NCBI GenBank assembly: GCA_046483495.1
Contig: JAWODC010000090.1
Coordinates: forward strand, 1-64,000
Direction of reading: 5' to 3'
Length of the DNA stretch: 64,000 bases
Origin: Desulfobacterales bacterium
GTDB taxonomy: Bacteria; Desulfobacterota; Desulfobacteria; Desulfobacterales; UBA5616
Shown piece by piece: positions 58,798 through 64,000 of this stretch. The first letter of the stretch is position 1. The number at the start of each line of letters is the position of its first letter. Below the pieces are notes generated by a model. The model was not told where the DNA came from, searched no databases, and saw only the letters and a list, made by a program, of their open reading frames with translations. Both the position numbers and the translations under genes were made by a program.

Positions 58798-59805
58798 TTA
58801 CGCCCCTGACTTGCAGGCGGTTATCATTTTGGGGATGACATCATGAATATCGCCGACGATGCCGTAATGGGCGATGTTGAAGATCGGGGCATCCGGATCA
58901 CGGTTGATGGCAATAATCCGTTTGGAATCCGCCATGCCCGCCCGATGTTGAATCTGACCGGATATTCCGCAGGCAATGTATAGATTGGGCCGTACCGTCA
59001 CCCCGGTTTGGCCGACCTGGCGGCTCCGGTCCAGCCAACCGGCATCAGCAACCGGACGGGAGGCTCCTACGGCGCCGCCGAGGGTCTTTGCCAGTGCATG
59101 GACAAGCGCAAGCCCCTCCGGCCCGCCGACGCCCATCCCCGCCGAGACAATGATTTTTGCGGATTTTAGATGAACGGTTCGATGCTGCCGCACGACCTCG
59201 ATCACCTCCGTTAAAAAGTTCTCTTCGGGAAGTCCGCAGGTCCGTTTGACGATCGCCGCTTTCCCTGAACAATCGGGATCGGCCGTTTTCATGACCCCTT
59301 CCCTTACAGTGGCCATGCTGGGATGGCTTTCCGGCGATACAATGGTGGCAATGATGTTGCCCCCGAATGCCGGGCGAATCTGATGAAGAATATCGTGATA
59401 GACCCTCTGTTTGGTTTTATGGTCCCCGATTGCGAGTTGGGTGCAGTCGGCCGTAAGACCGCATTTTAACGCGGACGCCACCCGCGGCGCCACATCCCTG
59501 CCCATAGTGGTTGCACCGAACAGAACGATTCGGGGATGATGCTCTTTGATGGTATCGATAATGATTTTTGAAAATGGAACGGAAGAAAAGTGATATAACC
59601 GCTTGTCATCCGTATAAAATATGCTCGAACACCCGTATCGGCCCAATGTTTCGAGTTCCGCTTCGGCCCCATATCCGATAGCCACGCCCTCGACCTCGGC
59701 GTTCAGTTTTCGCGCCAGCCTTCCGGCTTCACAGATCAGTTCCAGGCTCACATCCGCAACCCGGCCTTCATCCAACTCGATAAATACCATTACATTCTGC
59801 GCCAT
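58798..59805 (-). CDS. etfA: Electron transfer flavoprotein alpha subunit
   Basis: GLTADC, IRPAFGGN, GASRP, QVGQTG, GISGQIQH.AG. Confidence 0.95.
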   Translation of the reverse strand: MAQNVMVFIELDEGRVADVSLELICEAGRLARKLNAEVEGVAIGYGAEAELETLGRYGCSSIFYTDDKRLYHFSSVPFSKIIIDTIKEHHPRIVLFGATTMGRDVAPRVASALKCGLTADCTQLAIGDHKTKQRVYHDILHQIRPAFGGNIIATIVSPESHPSMATVREGVMKTADPDCSGKAAIVKRTCGLPEENFLTEVIEVVRQHRTVHLKSAKIIVSAGMGVGGPEGLALVHALAKTLGGAVGASRPVADAGWLDRSRQVGQTGVTVRPNLYIACGISGQIQHRAGMADSKRIIAINRDPDAPIFNIAHYGIVGDIHDVIPKMITACKSGA

Positions 59806-59820
59806 ATCCGCTGCCGCTCC

Positions 59821-60690
59821 TTAACCGATAATATGCTCATCTCTCAATTCCTTGATCAGGGACGCGATTCCGACCGGGGTGTTGGGAATTTTCCTGGCCT
59901 CACCGGCCGTCAATACAACGTTCTCGATCTTTTTAACCTTTGTCGGCGAACCGGACAAGCCGCACAGTTCAGGGTCCGCGCCGATGGTTTCGACATTCCA
60001 CTCCTTTGTCCGGGTGCTCAGGCTGCAACCGGCGGGATCCATGTAAGCTTCTTCATAGGACCTTTCACATAACACACTTTCCAGGTTTTTATAGGCCATC
60101 ACCCGCTTTGCGCTGGGATACCGCGGCTCGTTGGCTCCGGCTGCAACGGTAATCAGAACCGGAAAACGGCTTTTTACGATCTCGTAGCCGTTTTCAAATA
60201 CACGCCTTACCGTCACCGCGTCTTCGTTGACGGATACGATATCGACCACGCATGTCAACTGATTCCACCCGAGTTTTTCAGCAATCTGTGGGCCGACCTG
60301 GGCCGTATCACCGTCGATGGCCTGCCTGCCGCAAAGCACCATATCCACCTGCCCGACATGTTCGATCGCACATGTCAGTGCATAAGAGGTGGCAAGCGTA
60401 TCGGCTCCGGCAAATCGCCTGTCCGACACCAGGATCACTTCGTCGGCGCCTCGGTATACGCATTCCTTGAGGACCTCGCGTGCTGACGGCGGTCCCATGG
60501 TAATCGCCGTCACCGTGCCCCCAAGCATATCTTTGATCGTAAGGGCCGATTCCAATGCATTCAGATCTTCAGGATTGAATATGGCCGGCAAAACGCTGCG
60601 GTTCACCGTACCGTCCGGCTTCATGGCGTCGCCGGAGAGATTGTGCGTATCCGGCACCTGTTTTACGGTTACGACCATTTTTATGCCCAT
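59821..60690 (-). CDS. etfB: Electron transfer flavoprotein beta subunit
   Basis: VKQVPDT, NPED, MGPP, GADTLAT, GRQAIDGDTAQVGP, GLSGSPT. Confidence 0.95.
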   Translation of the reverse strand: MGIKMVVTVKQVPDTHNLSGDAMKPDGTVNRSVLPAIFNPEDLNALESALTIKDMLGGTVTAITMGPPSAREVLKECVYRGADEVILVSDRRFAGADTLATSYALTCAIEHVGQVDMVLCGRQAIDGDTAQVGPQIAEKLGWNQLTCVVDIVSVNEDAVTVRRVFENGYEIVKSRFPVLITVAAGANEPRYPSAKRVMAYKNLESVLCERSYEEAYMDPAGCSLSTRTKEWNVETIGADPELCGLSGSPTKVKKIENVVLTAGEARKIPNTPVGIASLIKELRDEHIIG

Positions 60691-60959
60691 GCACTTTCCT
60701 CCCTTTGGAAAAAACGGCCGTCATCGATGCATTGCCGATGAACCCGCCGCTCTATTCCCGGGCAAATTATCAGCGCCCGGGACGCGATGTCAAGGCAATA
60801 AAGCATGACCCGAATCGCCGGCAGGCTTTGGATGATGCCGATATTTATCGGTTCGGTTCAAGGATGTAAAAATTGTTTTTTAAATGGTTGCAAATGTGGT
60901 AATTTGAAGCACCATCCACCAACTTCCAACAACCCTCAAACGCATGTCGAGGAAAGGTC

Positions 60960-61958
60960 ATGAAACATCGCATTCCACTGATTATCATGTTCATCGCACT
61001 GTATGCCGTATGCCCGACATCGGGTGGCGGAGTCCGGGCAGGGCAAACGGAATTTGACGTAACCATCGCCGTCGTAAACGGTGCCGGCATTACCAAGCGG
61101 GATTTCATCTGGGCTTTGTCCAGTGAGGAGCAGCGGTTGACCAGTTCGGGCAAACTCATGTCTCCCGAAGAACTCAATGAGCTGAAAAAAAAGGTTTTAG
61201 ATCATCTGATCGATCGTGAGCTTCTGTATCAGGAAAGCATGAAAAAAAATATCGTTGTGTCCGATGTAATGGTCGATCAGGAATTCGAGAAAATGCGTGA
61301 TGCCATGATTTCCGATATCGACTTCGAAACCATCGAGGCGGAGCTGGGTATGGACATCCATCACATCAAAAACGAATTTCGGCGTGTCTTCGCCATCGAG
61401 ACGTTGATGGCCCGGGAACTGGTTATCGATGACTCGGTGTCGGAAGAGGAATCCCGGCTCTTTTACCAAGCAAACCCGGAAATGTTCACGATTCGGGGAC
61501 CGGTGTATGTCAGTCACATTCTGATACAGGTCGAATCCGGCGCCGATGCGGTACGAAAGGCCCAAGCCAAAAAAAAGGCCGAAGATATCTATAAAAGAGT
61601 ACTGTCCGGAGATGACTTCGCCCAATTGGCGAAATCCTATTCAGAGGGGCCGTCCGCCTTCCGGGGCGGTGATATCGGATGGATCAAGACCGGCCGGACC
61701 GTAAAAGCATTTGAAGACGCGGCTTTTGCCCTGAAGGTCGGTGAAATCAGCGGCATTGTTGAAACGCCTTATGGATTTCACATCATCAAGGTCATGAAAA
61801 AAATACCGGATTCGGTTTTTGCCTACGACGATATTCGGGAGCAGCTCGATGAATTCCTCAAAAAAGAAAAGGCAGACACCGTCAAAAATGCTTACGTACA
61901 GAAGCTTCGTCAAGGGGCGGATATCGACTATCTCATGGATACCGTATCCATTGACTAG
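60960..61958 (+). CDS. Exported parvulin/PpiC peptidyl-prolyl isomerase (SurA/PrsA-like)
   Basis: Signal peptide, SHILI, FAQLAKSYS, GGDIGW, FEDAAF, ETPYGFHII. Confidence 0.9.
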   Translation: MKHRIPLIIMFIALYAVCPTSGGGVRAGQTEFDVTIAVVNGAGITKRDFIWALSSEEQRLTSSGKLMSPEELNELKKKVLDHLIDRELLYQESMKKNIVVSDVMVDQEFEKMRDAMISDIDFETIEAELGMDIHHIKNEFRRVFAIETLMARELVIDDSVSEEESRLFYQANPEMFTIRGPVYVSHILIQVESGADAVRKAQAKKKAEDIYKRVLSGDDFAQLAKSYSEGPSAFRGGDIGWIKTGRTVKAFEDAAFALKVGEISGIVETPYGFHIIKVMKKIPDSVFAYDDIREQLDEFLKKEKADTVKNAYVQKLRQGADIDYLMDTVSID

Positions 61959-62103
61959 AACGGATCTAAAAACCTCCCCTCAGGCCCGATTTCGGCGTTG
62001 GGATGAAGGATTAAATGCTCAAGATACGCAATGTATTCCGGCGCTTGAATCCTCCCTCCCGCCTTGATCTTGGACCTGATTGAAGGTTTTGAAAGCCGTT
62101 CCA
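61956..62103 (+). repeat. Related palindromic element sharing the MITE core but with different arms
   Basis: Imperfect 32-bp terminal IR (TAGAACGGATCTAAAAACC.../...GGTTTTGAAAGCCGTTCCA) and core ATTTCGGCGTTGG...CTCAAGATAC...GTATTCC...CCGCCTTGA. Confidence 0.7.
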
Positions 62104-62127
62104 ACATTTATTCAAAAACAGACCACC

Positions 62128-62379
62128 ATGCCCAAATACAGCCATACGTTTGTAGAAGAGTATAACGGCCTTGTCGGATTCGGACTGGACCGGAAAACGG
62201 ATGAAGCTTCTTTTGTTGTGTATCTCCAAAAATTCTCGGATGACCGGTTAATGGCCGCCTTAAAGGGGCGGCTTACAAAACCCGAAATCGAAGAAATGGT
62301 AGACCTGATCCACCGGCTGATGCGCAACCATTTTTGTGAAGAAGAATATCACCGTCTCTTTCTGAAGGAAGACTCCTGA
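62128..62379 (+). CDS. Small hypothetical cytoplasmic protein
   Basis: MPKYSHTFVEEYNGLVGFGLDR..DE....YLQKFSDD...EEEYHRLFLKE, a plausible 83-aa globular ORF. Confidence 0.75.
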   Translation: MPKYSHTFVEEYNGLVGFGLDRKTDEASFVVYLQKFSDDRLMAALKGRLTKPEIEEMVDLIHRLMRNHFCEEEYHRLFLKEDS

Positions 62380-62506
62380 ATTCGGGTCAAAAAAACCGCA
62401 CCCGACCTCTGCAGGTGAATACGATATCGTCCATTCGAAAACGGCTGATTCTGCGCGGGCGCCGAATAGTGTTCATCCGAAAATGAGAAAATCCGCCGGA
62501 TACTAA

Positions 62507-62649
62507 ATGTCCATCCAGAAATGAGATAATTCGATTCAGTTCAAGGCGGCCGGGAAATTTTAACCGCAAGAATACATTGAGTATTTTGAGGATTAAAATT
62601 TCCCGGCCAACGCCGAAATGGAGCGAATCAGCCATTTCTGGATGGGCAT
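62507..62649 (-). mobile_element. MITE-like element, copy 3 (inverted), with degenerate TIR remnants at ~62428-62495
   Basis: Reverse complement of copy 1 with several substitutions. Its end touches the stop codon of the CoA-transferase gene. Confidence 0.82.
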
Positions 62650-63857
62650 TAAATAATCGCTTTTTCTTCCTTGAACGCGATAATATCGTCCCACGAATAG
62701 CCCATTTCAATTAGAATTTCTTCGGTGTGCTGCCCCAATTCAGGTGCCGTTTTCCGTATGGAAGCCGGTGTTTCTTTTAATTTGATCGGCGTATTGATCA
62801 GTTTAAACGGGCCGTGTTCCGGATGAACCACCTCCGCCACGAAATCGTTGGCCGCGGCTTGGGGATCGTTCAACGCCTCCGCCAATGTCTGAATAGGAGC
62901 CCAGATAATTTCTTTTTCATCGAACAGGGCTCCCCATTCATCACGGGGCCGGGTTGTGAAAATATCGTCAAACATGGCGATCAGCGGCGCGGGGTCTTCC
63001 GCCCGGACAAACATGTTTTCATAACGCTCATCATTCTCCAGATGCTCGATGCCGGCCACCTTGCAAAAATCCGACCAATATCGATCGGACTGCAGGCATG
63101 CCAGCATGAGCCATTTGCCGTCCTTGCATCGATATGAATTAAAGAGAGGATTGGGCACTTCTTTCCTGGAAACCCGGGTGGGTTCTTCTTCCGCAAATCC
63201 GGCACCCACTACGGACAACCCATTGCACCAGAGGGCCGTTCCCAGCAGGGAAACATCCACTTTCTGGGCCACGCCCGTCCGCTCTCTGACAAAAAGGGCC
63301 ATGGCAATTCCGCCGGCCAATGCCATAGCACTGGTATTATCGCCGTATCCCGGCAGGCACTGGGGCGGCGGTGCATCGGGTTCACCGATCATGTTCATAA
63401 TCCCGCCTCTGGCCCAAAAAGCGGCATAGTCAAACCCGGACCGCATGTATTCCGGACCCTTTTCGCCGTATCCTGTCCCATGCGCATAGATGAGGCGCGG
63501 GTTGATGCCGGCAAGCGTCTCATAATCAACCCCCAGTTTCTTCAATACATCCGCACGAACGTTTGTCACAAACACATCCGCCTGCTCGACGAGCCGGTAC
63601 ATGATCGCCCTGCCCTTTTCCACTCGTAAGTCCACGGCCATTCCCCGCTTATTCCGGTTCTCCAACTCCCAGGGAAAATTGATTTCCGGAATTTCCGTAC
63701 CGCCGCCGAACATGATGATGGCCCGTTGCGGGTCGCCGGAAACGGGGTCCTCCACTTTAATGACATCGGCCCCCATATCGGCAAGGATAGCGGTTCCGCC
63801 CGGTGCAAAAATCCATGTGGTGAAATCGATAACCTTTATTCCTTCAAGTGCCTGCAT
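62649..63857 (-). CDS. Class III CoA-transferase (CaiB/BaiF)
   Basis: ALEGIKVIDFT, LADMGADVIKVE, NRNKR, GYGDN, APELGQHTEE. Confidence 0.93.
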   Translation of the reverse strand: MQALEGIKVIDFTTWIFAPGGTAILADMGADVIKVEDPVSGDPQRAIIMFGGGTEIPEINFPWELENRNKRGMAVDLRVEKGRAIMYRLVEQADVFVTNVRADVLKKLGVDYETLAGINPRLIYAHGTGYGEKGPEYMRSGFDYAAFWARGGIMNMIGEPDAPPPQCLPGYGDNTSAMALAGGIAMALFVRERTGVAQKVDVSLLGTALWCNGLSVVGAGFAEEEPTRVSRKEVPNPLFNSYRCKDGKWLMLACLQSDRYWSDFCKVAGIEHLENDERYENMFVRAEDPAPLIAMFDDIFTTRPRDEWGALFDEKEIIWAPIQTLAEALNDPQAAANDFVAEVVHPEHGPFKLINTPIKLKETPASIRKTAPELGQHTEEILIEMGYSWDDIIAFKEEKAII

Positions 63858-64000
63858 CGATAATTCCTCCTATTCACGTTCACATCCATTTTAAATTAAC
63901 AGCGATCACCTGAAACCGGGCCGGTGTCGGTCCGGAACCCATCCTGCTGCCTTTTTTCCTTATTATCCCGACAAAAAAGACGATTTTCGTAAAAGGCGAA

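Overview
Anaerobic, Desulfobacterota-like DNA in two parts. About 1-37.9 kb is a catabolic region for anaerobic alkane activation by fumarate addition. It holds a truncated TetR gene with a 20-bp palindrome, masC-masD(assA)-masE, a split B12 acyl-CoA mutase with a radical-SAM/DUF512 gene between its subunits, CoA-transferase, crotonases, carboxyltransferase, CoA ligase, MeaB, MmgE/PrpD, the glycyl-radical activase, masB, AAA+/VWA and MoaD genes. A 2-hydroxyacyl-CoA dehydratase/class I aryl-CoA reductase-like module and a second AAA+/VWA pair follow. About 37.9-64 kb is mostly housekeeping (djlA, waaA, fba, mazG, phoH, ybeY, tsaE, lysC, pyrF, etfAB). Top finding: a gene broken in the ORF track (19688..20026) reads through an in-frame TGA followed by a SECIS-like hairpin, giving a MasE paralog with a C-x3-U-x2-C insert, i.e. 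a candidate selenoprotein accessory subunit of an alkane-activating glycyl radical enzyme. Also present are a ~142-bp MITE family and a related element with a covarying stem. The first ~374 bp look chimeric. No tRNA, rRNA or CRISPR array was recognised. All family calls come from motif recognition by eye; no searches were run.
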